Positions 1 to 12,323 of a stretch of 64,000 nt of DNA are shown one piece after another; position 1 is the first letter of the stretch; every line of letters starts with the position of its first letter. The position numbers and the translations under genes were made by a program. A model generated the notes under the pieces. The model ran no database searches. It was not told the origin of the DNA and was given only the letters and a program-made list of their open reading frames with translations. The stretch is from Selaginella moellendorffii (lineage: Eukaryota > Plantae > Lycopodiophyta), in the NCBI RefSeq assembly GCF_000143415.4, contig NW_003314336.1, positions 299,296 to 363,295 on the forward strand, written 5' to 3'.

Positions 1-2385
1 GCTTGTTGCAAGAGGAGGTGCTGTCAACATGCTGATTGGGATGCTATTGAAGAGGAGAAAGCAAGATACAAGACATTGTCCTGGAAGGCAGCTCGCAATT
101 TTGTGTATGAGGCATTACGGTCATCTGTTGATGCTTCAGAACATCAGGTGGGGGGCATGGTCTTCCAGAGGGGTTTGGTCTGCAAGAAGGCATGGAGAAT
201 CATTTATGGAGTCCCTCGAACCACATTCTACACAATCAAAACTGAGTTCGAGGAACAAAGGGTTCAATAGGCAGTCCATGGGAACGACGGTACGCACAAA
301 ACCAGGGGTCATGTTGTATATGGAGAGGGAATCTTCAAGAGGTTTGTCGAGACATGTAGCGAGCAGCAACCACATAAAACCCGCCTCTTGGAAGATGGAA
401 CACGAGACACCCAACGAGTTCTCCCTTCCATGTATACCAAGGGGGCCATATTGGAAGATGTGAATCGGGAACTCCAGAGTAATGGCTACAGGAAGCTGAG
501 CCAATCTAGATTTAGTAGATTGTGGAGCAACAGGTTCAAGGATGTGAGTATAGGAAAGTACTCCAGCTTTTCAAAGTGTGACGAGTGCACTGCTATCAAA
601 ATGGCTTTGTCGAAGAATTCTTGCAGCGCTCAAGAGCGAGAGACGTTGGTTAGAAGGCGGCTCGACCACAACATCGAGCAGAGAAGCTGCAGGACTGCAT
701 ATTATCATAACAGGATTCTCTCCATGGAGAGACCTGACTCTTACCTCTGCATCATCCACGACAAAATGGACCAGAAAAAGACGTGCTTACCTCGACTCAA
801 TCCTGCCCCCAAGGCAATCTCTTCATCCATGCAGCTGCCTGTGTCTCTGTTTGGCATAATCGCTCATGGGCATGGTGCCCAGAACTATGGGAACTTCTTT
901 GTACCTCTATGTGCAAACATGATGATTGCGTCCCTAGCAAAACACTTAAGGTCTCTGCAAAGTGCGCAGACTGAGCTGAACGGCCAACCCTTGCATAAGG
1001 CCCTTGTCAATCGAACCCCATACAGGGTTCAGCTGGAGGAGGAGCAAAGGCTTGCAGTATCGCGTGGGGCCCCATGCCATCCCAGTGAATATGTTGGCCG
1101 TCAGATTGTAGGGTTATCACGTGAGGCCTCATGCCATTCCGACGAGGCTGGTCGCCCGGTGAATGCACAGCCTCATCCAAACGAAGCAGAATCTCAAGGA
1201 AGTTCTTGCGGCCGATGTGGCCTTCCACCCTATCTTCTGCTCCAAACAGACAATGCTGGCAGTGAGAACAAAAACATGTACGTCTTCGCGTACTTGGCGA
1301 TGCTTGTTGCCAAAGGCATATTTGAAACGGTTACACTTGGCTTTCTCATGGTTGGGCACACTCATGAAGACGTCGATGCCATGTTCAGTCACCTGGCAGA
1401 GTCCCTCCGGCGATCCAATGTCCTCACCCTCCCACAACTCTACGATGAATTCCAAAATTGCATCAAAGGCACTGTTGAAGCTGCACTTCTGACAGAGGTT
1501 CCAGACTTTAAGGGGTTTGTAAGAGGCTACATCAAGGACGGATCCGAAACGCTGATTGGCCACTCCAAGCCTCTTCAATTTCATTTCAGCATGCGTGACA
1601 GTGCTCCAATGATGAGGTACAAGATGAGAGAATGGGACACAGTGTGGCTGCCAGTGGACGGCATTGAACTCTTCAAGAGAGATCCCATAACTGGGGAACC
1701 TATGATTCCTCAGGGTTCCCCACGGCCGATGCACCCGGATGGACTCAAAGACCAGGAAAGTATAGTGGCCGGGATTAGACAGCATATTGCCTTCTGGAAG
1801 AGGGGGTTGGTGTTTGGTGGAGAATCCTATTTTCAGAGGTGCAAGCCTTTGATCGAATACTGGGAGAAGATTATATCTGCTATCCAAAATGGGCCGGTTG
1901 TATATGAAGAATTGGAAGAGTCCTTTTGGCCAGAACCCAGAGCACCAGATAGTAGTGGAACAATGTCCTCTGGAAATGCAGTGACAGATAACGATGTTGA
2001 GGATCATTATTGTGAGCCGAGGAACAAGAAGCCGGATTCAGCATTCAATCCAGTACAGGTCTACAAAGGAATGGTCGTGCTTGTCAGACCCAGTAATAAA
2101 AAACAAATGATATGGGTGGGGCACTGCATCACTGATGCAGAGGAGGACGCGGAAACTAACTCCTTCAATGTAACTGTGGAGTGGTTCAAGCCAAGTTCCG
2201 GATATACGAAGGATTGCCTAGAAAAGAGATGGGTGCTGAATCCAAGGGATCTCAGCATGAGCATATCGGTGGATAATGTTGTGCATGGTTTGATGCGGAA
2301 GCAGAGTGCCACCATCACCTTGCCAGACCATGCAAGAGATGCAGCAAGAGCATTCATAACCCGGGTTCAAGGTGAGATTCATTAA
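1..2385 (+). pseudogene. Sola-like (DUF7869-type) DDE DNA transposase, 5' truncated by the window edge, with an in-frame TAG at 268-270
   Basis: Frame 1 reads CCKRRCC...VCKKAWRIIYGVPRTTFY, then one stop, then the 665-aa ORF. That ORF has CDEC, IHDKMDQKKT, LLLQTDNAGSENKN and FLMVGHTHEDVDAMFS, motifs typical of Sola1-like transposases. Superfamily assignment is from memory of the motifs. Confidence 0.7.
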
Positions 2386-3790
2386 TATTCCTTTACTAAG
2401 TTTCTAATATATTTTATTTCAAGGTGAGCAATCCGAATCTGAATCAGAGGAGGCGTGATGGCATGTGGCCTTACGCCATTCCTAGGTGAGATGATACAAA
2501 TAACAAGTATAAATTCTTAGTTGTTCTAGCAAATCTTACTTAAAGTTCAAGGTGAACAAGCCGAATATGAATTCATCGGATTGTTATAACAAATTGCGAG
2601 GTGATGGCATGAGGCGATACGCCATTTGAGAGTGGTAGCCATTCCTATATGAGGTGAGTGAAATATTTATTAGAAATACCTCATTCAATTGTGCACTTCT
2701 AAGTCTTGGTCCACTTAGTACTGTTTGCATGTTTCTATTTTAATTCTTTCTCTAAAATGTTATTTAGCATGTGGCTTCATGCCATTGCTCTCCACAATCA
2801 TGCATTGAATTTTTCTATCCTTGCATAATACTTCTCCATATATATAGCATGTGCGCACATGTGATATGGTTCATTAGGCCTGATATAGTGTGTGAGGTAA
2901 AACAAAGATGATGTGACATATGCATTTACCAATCACACGTGTATAAATCTAATAATATGGCGTGTGGCCCATATTAATGGCACATAAACCCATATTGTGG
3001 GCTTACGTGCTTTATGTACCATCATTCCCTTGCAGCGTGTGTGTTGGTTTCCTTTTATAACACAACGAACTCCATATTTTAGGGTGAAGAGTGTTCTCAT
3101 GGCAAGCACAAAATTTGTAAGTGAGGCAGAAAAGGAGACGGAGAAGGAGATAGGTGAAGATGTAGAATATATAAGTCTTCCAAACTTCCCGTACTATACT
3201 CCAGGTGATCATTTTTCTGAACAAACGGCAACATTAACAACTATCGAGAACGCCCCAGTAACGTCAGAGACAACAATCCAAAGCAAAACAACTGACCCGG
3301 AGAAGGATGATAGTACCGCTGAGAGTACCAAAAAGGAGGTGTCCACTAGCGCTTAGGCTTATAATGGCGTGTGCCCTCATGCCATTTACTTGATCACCAA
3401 ATACCTTTTTCCCTTTGCACTAGTATATCTTAATACCGGTCTGAGAAATAGAATGGCATGTGCCCTCAGGCCTTTTACTAAATCACCTTTGAAAGAAATG
3501 CAAGCCTCTATGTCGTAAAAAAAAGGTACTAGAGAAATTCCTTAATAATATGAATGTTATTTAGTTTCATGAAAATACACTAAGGGTCAAATGAGTTAAA
3601 TGACTTCTCCAGACTAGCAATGCCTCTTGCTACACCTTCACAATTAGATTCATTAGAAAAAGATAACATTGAATAATATCTAAATGTTCTCACCATTAAG
3701 TTATATATCTGGCTAATAGGAATGACGTTCATCTTGGAAAGCTCACCATACGCTCAATGAACAAACAAATAGTGTGTGCGCGCATGCCAT
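1059..3790. repeat. Dispersed 22-bp imperfect palindrome ATGGCRTG-N6-CAYGCCAT, about 9 copies
   Basis: Copies at 1059, 1116, 2458, 2604, 2764, 2957 (partial), 3364, 3453 and 3769. Confidence 0.8.
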
Positions 3791-4014
3791 CGCTCTTCTT
3801 TAGCTTCAAATTCGGCTTGTTCACCTTGACAATGAGATTTATTATACAACCAGATGGACTCAGTCTGGACACAAAGCCACCGCGCTAGTCACCATGCCCC
3901 AGATATGTCTAGCCCCTGGACAAAAAACATATAATTTCACGTCATTTTCAAATACTTGAAAATTTGTACCTAGTCCCATTTTACTGAATAAATCCCACTT
4001 TAACGAAATAAAGC

Positions 4015-5242
4015 TTCAAATATGTTACGTTCGTTTAGCTTTCGCTTCGGCCATTACCGCGTGGCACCCTTTCGCCTCCACTTTGGGGCCTAGGGATTTT
4101 GTGTCTCATATAGCCTTCCCCAATGTCTCTTTTCCGGTCCCCACCAAGTCCTTTTCTGTCCATGGCCATGTTCGCCAATACTGCCACTGGATCAAGGCCC
4201 ACAGACCCAACCACCAAGTCCCACTGTCCACTGGGACTTCCTCATTGTGTGACCGTATCCTTGGTCGCCACCCCAGAGGACAACTCCTCATATTTTCCAT
4301 AGTTTTGAACTTTGGGATAACATTTCGGAACACTGTGGCCCTACGTGAGCCTCCTTGCCTTCCACCTTTGGGTGTTCTAGCCATGGGCTTATAGAGAGGT
4401 TCTGTTGAGCCATGCTAGGTATCTAAGTAGGTAGTGCCACCCACACTTTGACTGTGAGCATCGACCATTTGATCTCCTAGGGGAACTAGAGTTGGCTCTT
4501 GAACACTTCACCAAGCTCCCTGCTTGTTGGTCCGTATTCACTCTAGTCTTGGACTTCCCAATACTCAGCTCATCACCCAACTCCTGGGCACAGCCTTTCT
4601 GAGCCAAACTGGCTCCACTGGGATCTAACCCCCACAATGTCCCTACTATATTTTTGGAACCCTTTGCAGCCCCCACCCCCCGGGGGACAATCGCTTTGGG
4701 CTTTCACCCAATAACTTGTATTAGTATTCAGACTCAGACTCAGACTCAAACTCGGACTCGGACTCGGTCTTGGTCCCGGTTTCAGACTCAAACTTGGTCT
4801 CGGTCTCAGTCTTGGTCTCAGTTCCATCTCGGACTCCAATCTTGGACTCCATCTCAGACTCCATCTTAGGTCCATCTCTGACTCCATCTCGGGTCCATCT
4901 CAGACTCCATCTCGGGTCCATCTCGGACTCCATCTCGAACTCCATCTCGGGTCCATCTCGGACTCCAACTCGGACTCCATCTCGGGTCCATCTCGGACTC
5001 CATCTTGGACTCCTCCACATATCATGTGTTGGTCCTCTTGTGTCCCTTTTCTATAGATTCACTTACTGCTTGCTTTGTGCTTGTTGTTCGAGCACTTCGT
5101 TGGGAGTTTTACTCCCACTTTCGACCTTTCAAGTCGGAGCTTTTAGTCGAAACATGTTACACTTGTTTGGCTTTCACTTCAGCCACTACCACATGGCACC
5201 CTTTCGGCTCCACTTTGGGGCCTAGGGATTTTGTATCTCATA
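4015..5242 (-). mobile_element. Family-A LTR fragments (two LTR-terminus pieces) with hexamer array
   Basis: Matches the full LTR-A at 29298-30782. Ends in ...ttgtgtctcata / ...ttgtatctcata at 4110 and 5242. Confidence 0.85.
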
Positions 5243-6116
5243 ACTTGCTTCGGGATGCCGGAGGTAAACACCGTGGCCTAATGGCCTGATATGGGTACCT
5301 TTACCCCCCCACTTCCATCCCGAAGGGAAGGCCCAAGCCCCTAGGAAGGGCGAGAACCAATGAGCTGCAAGGTACACAAGTGGGGCACCACTCCACATGA
5401 GCCAAGAGCATCACAGTCGATTTCCCTTCCAGAAGTGGGAGCTGCTCTTGAGCACTTCCTTGGGTGGCCACTCTGACACCACCCGAGTCCATGTTCACTC
5501 CCACCCAAGGCCCTTTGGCCCCAGTCTCAACCTCAAGTCAGATCGGAAGCACAACTAAAGAGTTCCTTCAAGACTGCTTCCGGAACCTCACCATCCCTAC
5601 TATAATTTTGGAACCCCCTGCAGCCCCTCCCCCCTCCCCCCTCCCCCCCTTGCTAGGAGACACACGCTTTGGACTTTCACCCCACCACCTGTATTAGTAT
5701 TCGGACTCGGTCTCGGACTCAATATCGGACTTGATCTCGGACTTCACTTCAAACTTGGTCTCAGACTCACTCTCAGACCTGATCTTAGACTTTGTCTTGG
5801 ACTCGATCTCGGACTCAGTCTCGGACTCCGTCTCGAACTCCGTCTCAGACTCAGTCTCGAACTCGGTCTCAGAGTCGGACTCAGTCTCAAACTCGTTCTC
5901 AGAGTCAGACTCAGTCTTGAACTCGGTCTCAGAGTCAGATGCAGTCTCAAACTCTGTCTCAGAGTTGGACTCAGTCTTGAACTCAGTCTCAAACTCGGTC
6001 TTAGAGTTGGTCTCGGACTCGATCTGGGACTCGGTCTCATCCAATGAACTCTTTATCATTTTGGTCATGCTTTCGAGGATCCTTTATCCTTTGACACCTC
6101 AGGGAGTTGGTTTCTT
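5243..6116 (-). mobile_element. Partial family-C LTR, reverse orientation
   Basis: Reverse complement of part of 7183-8323, including the GAGTCC/GAGACC array. Confidence 0.85.
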
Positions 6117-6119
6117 TGG

Positions 6120-8400
6120 TCCCTAGCTCAAAGTTTCTCATTACATGAGAAACTTTGGTAGAGAGTCGTTCGCATCATCTACTAGCCCTCCGAGGGAAGC
6201 TCGGAGGTAGCTTTGTTAAAATCCTTATTGACACGGGTGATTCGGATAATTTAGTGGCTGCAGATATACTCCGGCAAGCCGGACTAACGGTGTAGCGGTT
6301 GGGTGAACTAAGGACTATAAAGTTTGTTCAAGGTAGCCAAAGCACCGATAAGGTACTTCGACAAGCGAGAGTCGAAGTGGGGATATAGAAAGTAGACATG
6401 AATTTCACCGTGTTGGACATGGCGGGATTTAACGTGATCTTTGGAATGGATTGGTTCAATCGGTTCATGGTAGCTCTGCATGGCCAAAGTAGGAACCTTG
6501 TGGTACTAGCAAATGCCCAAGGAAGAAAATCTAGGGTGGAGGCCCAAGATCTAAAGGTAGGGCAATGCAAGGCCAAAGATTCGTGCCTAAACCTGGTGTC
6601 CACAAGAGGACAACTCACTAAAGGAACCAAGGTAGCATTTTTTTGCTTGCTCTCGGTGAAGAGTGACAAAAAGACGGGAACGGAAGAAGTACCTTTAGTG
6701 ATCCAGCGGGTGTTCGATCAATTCCAGGATACCATCCCAGAGGAGCTACTAGCGCGATTGCCCCCCGCACAACTAATAGAACATAAGATTGAGCTAGTCA
6801 AGGGTGTTGAGGCGGTGGTTTGTCCCCCCTATCGTCTGAACAAAAAAGAACTTGAGGAGCTCAAACGCCAATTAGAAGAGTTGGTGGATAAAGGGTGTGT
6901 TAGGTTAAGCAAATCACCGTATGGGGCACCAATGTTATTTGTGAAAAAGAAAGATGGATCTATGCGTATGTGCATAGACTACTGGTTGCTCAACAAGTAT
7001 ACAAATAAGAACAAGTACCCTTTACCAAGGATTGAGGACCGGTTCGATAAGTTGGGAAAGGCAAAATACTTCTCGAGGTTTGACCTAAGGTCAGGATAGT
7101 ACCAGATCAGGGTAGCAGAGGAAGATGTCGAGAAGACAACCTGTAGGACAAAGTATGGGAGCTTTGAGTTTCTGGTGATGCCTGTAAGGAACCAACTCGC
7201 TGAGGTGTTGTAGGCTAAAGGAGCCCCGAAAGCATGACCAAAATGATAAAGAGTTCATCAGATGGCACCGAGTCTAAGATCGAGTCCAAAACCGACTCTA
7301 AGATCGAGCTTGAGATAGAGTCTGGAATCGAGTCCGAGGCCAACTCGAAGACTGAGTTCAAGACCGAGTTCGAGACAGAGTCCGAAATCTGAAATCAGGT
7401 CCGAGACCGAGTCCGAGGTCGAGTCCGAGGTCGGGTCCGAGATCGGGTCCGAGATCGAGTCCGAGATTGAGTCCGAGACCGAATCCGAAGTCAGATCCGA
7501 GATCGAGTCCAAGATCGAGCCAAAGACTAAGTCCAAGTATTAATACAGGTCAAGGGGTGAAAGCCTAAAGTGTGCGTCTCCCAGGGGGGGGGGGGGCTGC
7601 AGGGGGTTCCAAAAGTATAGTAGGGATAGTGAGGTCCAGGAACCAGTTTTGAAGGAACTCTCCAGTGGGGCTTTCAAACTGACTTGAGGTTGGGACTGGG
7701 ACCGAGGGGCCTTGGGTGGGAGTGAGCATGGACTTGGTTGGTGCCGAAGGGGCCATCCAAGGAAGTGCTCAAGAGTAGCTCCCACTCTCGAAAGGGAAAC
7801 CGACTGCGGTGCTCGTGGCTCATGTGGAGTGGTGCCCCTACCATGTGGCTCATTGGTCCTCGCCCTTCCTAGGGGCTTGGACCTTCCCTTCGGGATGGAA
7901 GTGGGGGGGTAGAGGTACCCATACCAGGCCGTTAGGCCACAGTGTTTCGCCCTGGCGTCCCGAAGCAAGTGTTGCATCCGAGACTTGGGATTTAGAGAGT
8001 CCCATGATCAAGTCTTGTGGTACCAAGGGATGTTAGGAACCTGGAAGCTTGGTATACTTGGCTACTTGTGCTTGTGGGGAGTGTAGCCGAACCTTAAGTC
8101 CAGTCTAACTCGGGAGGGGGATTGGGAGAGATTTGGGAATCTGTGGACGGATGGCTAACACTCTGTTGCTCGTGCAGTGAGTAGCTGAAACCAAATAGGA
8201 CCAAGTAGGAGCTGGTACCATAAGCGGGAACCTTGGTGAGGGAACTTAGTAGAAGGCAAGGCAGTGTTGGTCGGATAGACGAGGTAAACTGGCAAATTGG
8301 AAAGGAAAAATTTGTGGCTTACAATGCCCTTGGGGCTATGCAATGCACCAGCAACGTTTTTGGCGTTGATGAACCACATCTTTGTACCCTATCTTGGTAG
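6120..8400 (+). pseudogene. Gypsy protease-RT fragment (family C), interrupted by a solo LTR
   Basis: ILIDTG protease remnant and [25 protein letters not shown]. The FLVMP|LGLCNAPATF motif is split by the insertion at 7183-8323. Confidence 0.9.
7183..8323 (+). mobile_element. Solo LTR, family C (1141 bp), TSD ATGCC
   Basis: Runs TGTAAGG...GCTTACA, with ATGCC at 7178-7182 and 8324-8328. Confidence 0.95.
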
Positions 8401-9781
8401 ATAATGCCAAGTCATGGTGGAGAATGACGAAGGCTACAGAAGGACCGGTGGCCACTTGGGACATGATGAAGGCGAGGATCCGCGCAACATATGTTCCTCT
8501 GAATGCCACTCTGTATCTAAGAGATAAGCTGAGTAGGCTGAAGTAGACTTGAACCATCCAGGAGTATGTGAATGGGTTCATGGCAAAGAGGATACTTGTC
8601 ACAGACATAGGGGATATGGATGCGTTCCATGCCTTTATATAAGGTTTGCAAACCTGGGCTCGCGGTGAGGTGATGTGCTGGAACCCGACCAACTACAACG
8701 AAGCGTTGGATTTGGCCATCAAGGTGCATTTCAATGATAACCTATGAAAGGGGAACGCGACAAGGTCAGGGTCCACATTTAGCAAAGGGGCCAAATCAAG
8801 AAGAACATATAGCAAAGGGAAATTTAAGAAGAGTTTCTCTAAGAATGAGTCCTCAGGGTTCCGGAAGGGCAAATTTGGTGGCCAGCGAGCAAGTACGTGG
8901 GGGAGTCAAGCAAAAAGAGACAAACCTACGGATAAGAAGGTCAAGTCATTTAGCAGCGTGGGAAACAACGTATGCTACAACTGCAGTGAAGCGGGACACT
9001 TTTCAAGGGAATGTCCCTACCCGAAGAAGGCTAGAGCCAATATAGCCATTAAGTCGGGTGAAGTCCAAATTGAGGTATGTGATCCAGCCCCTAGGTCAAA
9101 GTTACTCATTACACGAGCAACTTTGGTAGAGAGTCGTTCACAACATCTACTAGCCCTCCGAGGGAAGCTCCGGGGTAGCTTTGTTAAGATCCTTATTGAT
9201 ACGGGTGCTTCGGATAATTTTGTGGCTACAGACATAGTCCGACAAGCCGGACTAACGGTGCAGCGGCTGGGCAAACCAAGGACTATAGAGTTTGTTCAAG
9301 GTAGCCAAAGCACCGATGAGGTACTTCAACAAACGAGAGTCGAAGTAGGGACTTGGAAAGTAGATATGAACTTCACCGTATTGGACATGGCGGGATTTGA
9401 CATGATCTTCGGGATGGATTGGTTCAATCGGTTTGTGGTAGCCCTACATGGACAAGGTAGGAACCTTGTGGTACTGGCGAATGCCCAAGGAAGAAGATCC
9501 AGGGTGGAGACCCAAGATCTAAAGGTAGGGCAATGCAAGGCCAAAGATTCATACTTAAACCTGGTGTCCACAAGAGAACAACTCACTAAAGGCACCAAGG
9601 CTGCATTTTTGTGCTTACTCTCGGTGAGAAGTGACAAAAAGACTAGAACGGAAGAAGTACCTTTAGTGATCCAGCGGGTGTTGGACCAATTCTAGGACAC
9701 CATGCCAGAGTAGCTACCGGCGGGATTGCCCCCGCACGACCATTAGAACATAAGATTGAGCTAGTTGAGGGTGCTGAGGCG

Positions 9782-11758
9782 GTGGTTTGTCCCCCCTATC
9801 GTTTGAACGAAAAAGAACTTATGGAGCTCAAGCACCAACTAGAGGAGTTGGTGGACAAAGGGTATGTTAGGTTGAGCAAGTCGCCATATGGGGCGCCGGT
9901 GCTATTTGTGAAAAAGAAAGATGGATCTATGCGCATGTGCATAGACTACCGGTTGCTTAACAAATATACAAAGAAAAAAAAGTACCCTTTGCCAAGGATT
10001 GAGGACCTATTCAATAGGTTGGGAAAGGCAAAATACTTCTCGAGGATTGACCTAAGGTTAGGATACTACCAGATCAAGGTAGCAGAGGAAGATGTCGAGA
10101 AGACAACCTGTCGAATGAGGTATGGGAGCTTCGAGTTTCTGGTGATGCCCTTTGGGCTATACAATGCGCCAGCAATGTTTTCGGCGTTGATGAACCATAT
10201 CTTTTTACCCTATTTGGATAACTTTGTGGTCATCTATATTGACGACATCCTAATCTATAACGAAACGCTAGAAGAGCATGCCAAACACTTGACAAAAGTG
10301 TTTGAGAAACTAAGAGAACACCAGCTGTATGCTAAAGAGAGCAAATGTGACATTTCTCAACAAGAGGTAAAGTTTCTCGGGCATGTGGTGGGCAAGAACG
10401 GGCTCAAGGTGGACCTGAAGAAGGTCCGAGCGATCCAGGATTGGGAGCGACCATTGAATGTACACGAGTTAAGGGCATTCTTGGGGCTATGCAATTACTA
10501 TCAAAAATTTATCAAACACTATTCGAGAGTAGCCCTGCCCTTAACGGACCAAACGCGAAAAGAGAAGATGGTATGGACAGCAGAATGTGAGGCGGCATTC
10601 GTCCACCTCAAGGGGAAGTTGAGGAAGGCTCCCGTGCTGGCATTACCAGACTTTGGTAAGGACTTTGAGGTAGAAACAGATGCTTCAGACTTTGCGTTGG
10701 GCGCAGTTTTGAAGCAAGACAACCATCCAGTAGCGTTCTTCTCGAAGAAGTTGGACAAGGCTCAATGGAAGTGGCTTGCCCATCAGAAGGAATTGTTTGT
10801 AGTGGTCAAGGCACTCAAGGAGTGGCGACACTACCTTGGGAGACACTTCAAGGTTTACACAAACAATGTGGCAACAAAACACTTCTTGTCACAGCCTGAC
10901 CTGAGGGGAAAACAAGGTCGGTGGGCCAATGCCTTAGCCGAGTTTGATTGCGAGATTCTGTACAAGCCTGGGAAGAGCAACATCGTGGCAAATGCGCTAA
11001 GTCGAAAAGCGAGTTTGAAGTTGACTATATCCAGTGCGACAGCAACCTTTTGGGATGATGTGCGGACCGCATACGAAAACGATGGTCTAGCACAAGAAGT
11101 GTTGCTGAGGAATCTAGAGGCACGGGAAGCTCACCAGAGAGTTGAGCTGCCAACGGAAGAGAAAACGGGCTATGCAGAACGCAATGGACTCATCTATTAC
11201 AAGCAAACGAGGGTGTATGTTCCAGAAGGGGAACTAAGGAAGGTAGCCTTAGAAGAGTGTCATGATGGACCTCTTGCGGTTCACGGCAGAGTGCCCAAGA
11301 CAATGGGTTTACTCAAGAGGAAGTACCACTGGCCAAATATGGCTAAGGATGTCCAAGACTATGTAAAGACATGTCCAGCATGTCAGCAGGTCAAAGCCGT
11401 GACTAAGGTTAGTGGGGGCTTGTTACAAAGCATCCAAATTCCAGATCGTCCGTGGAAATGTCTTACAATGGATTTCATTACGGGAGTTCCCCCAAGCGAC
11501 GGGTTTGATGCGATATTCGTGGTGGTGGATCGATTTTCGAAGATGGCACATTTCATACCCACCACAACGGAAGTGGATGCGGAAGGTGTGGTGAAGGTGT
11601 TTTTCAAACAAGTGGTTCAACTGCGGGGAAAACCAAAAGAGATTATTTCAGATCGAGATAAGATCTTCACTAGTAGGTTCTGGAGAACTCTTCTGGAACA
11701 GTATCTCACCAAGTTGAAATTCAACACAACCTATCACCCACAGATAGGTATTGGGTAA
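9782..11758 (+). CDS. pol: Pol RT-RNase H-integrase N-terminal ORF; terminates inside retained intron 1
   Basis: 658-aa ORF with RT, RNase H and integrase motifs, ending HPQIGIG*. Confidence 0.9.
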   Translation: MVCPPYRLNEKELMELKHQLEELVDKGYVRLSKSPYGAPVLFVKKKDGSMRMCIDYRLLNKYTKKKKYPLPRIEDLFNRLGKAKYFSRIDLRLGYYQIKVAEEDVEKTTCRMRYGSFEFLVMPFGLYNAPAMFSALMNHIFLPYLDNFVVIYIDDILIYNETLEEHAKHLTKVFEKLREHQLYAKESKCDISQQEVKFLGHVVGKNGLKVDLKKVRAIQDWERPLNVHELRAFLGLCNYYQKFIKHYSRVALPLTDQTRKEKMVWTAECEAAFVHLKGKLRKAPVLALPDFGKDFEVETDASDFALGAVLKQDNHPVAFFSKKLDKAQWKWLAHQKELFVVVKALKEWRHYLGRHFKVYTNNVATKHFLSQPDLRGKQGRWANALAEFDCEILYKPGKSNIVANALSRKASLKLTISSATATFWDDVRTAYENDGLAQEVLLRNLEAREAHQRVELPTEEKTGYAERNGLIYYKQTRVYVPEGELRKVALEECHDGPLAVHGRVPKTMGLLKRKYHWPNMAKDVQDYVKTCPACQQVKAVTKVSGGLLQSIQIPDRPWKCLTMDFITGVPPSDGFDAIFVVVDRFSKMAHFIPTTTEVDAEGVVKVFFKQVVQLRGKPKEIISDRDKIFTSRFWRTLLEQYLTKLKFNTTYHPQIGIG

Positions 11759-12309
11759 TAAATCAAGTTTGATGGCACTAAGATCAAGATAAGATCTTCA
11801 CCAATAGTGTTAGGCACCAAGTCAGGATAATAGGATAAGGAAAGGGCCCTGCAATCAAGTGATCACCAGTTTAGCCAGTTGGCTTAGGGTGTAAGGGATA
11901 GAATCCTAACATTGGTATCGAAGCCTAGTTCGATTCTTGTGGCTGACGAGTGGGGCAGGAATATTCTAAAGGAATATTCAACATGGTGGATCTAGAGGGA
12001 GAACCAAGGTTTGGTAGACCCTAAGAGAAGGACCATGGTGACCGGAGGGTGGCCTAAGTATGATCGCGGACGATCATTCCTGACGAGGGGGAGGATTGTT
12101 AGGCACCAAGTCAGGATAATAGGATAAGGAAAGGGCCCTGCAATCAAGTGATCACCCCTTTAGCCAGTTGGCTTAGGGTGTAAGGGATAGGATCCTAACA
12201 AATAGGTTCTGGAGAACTCTCCTGGAACAATATTGCACCAAGTTGAAATTCAGCACAGCCTATCACCCACAGACAGGTATTGGGTAATAAGTGAAGTTTG
12301 ATGGCACTA
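11650..12309 (+). repeat. ~130-bp tandem duplication in the integrase; second unit interrupted by a TRIM
   Basis: 11650-11780 is repeated as 11781-11807 plus 12206-12309. Confidence 0.85.
11808..12200 (+). mobile_element. TRIM (terminal-repeat retrotransposon in miniature), 393 bp
   Basis: 104-bp LTRs at 11808-11911 and 12097-12200 (TGTTAGG...CCTAACA, 3 mismatches). PBS TGGTATCGAAGC at 11913-11924, PPT GAGGGGGAGGA before the 3' LTR, TSD AATAG. Confidence 0.95.
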
Positions 12310-12323
12310 ACACTTCTTGACAA
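12277..12323 (+). other. Intron 1 (47 nt) in the Gypsy integrase core
   Basis: GTATTGGG...CTAAC...TTGACA(A). Removal gives HPQT-DGQTERVN. The homolog at 55886-55932 (-) ends in AG. Confidence 0.75.

Noticed and set aside
1059-3790. CRISPR-like array of palindromic repeats
   Set aside because: Spacing is irregular (57 bp to over 1 kb), repeats are degenerate, there are no cas genes, and the context is a eukaryotic transposon.
5694-6126. Ser/Asp/Glu-repeat ORFs resembling adhesins (also 4573-5225, 30020-30845, 52747-53250, 58177-59325)
   Set aside because: By-products of the stop-free hexamer arrays in LTRs; open in several frames on both strands.
11808-12200. Cassandra TRIM
   Set aside because: No 5S rRNA-like segment in the LTRs.
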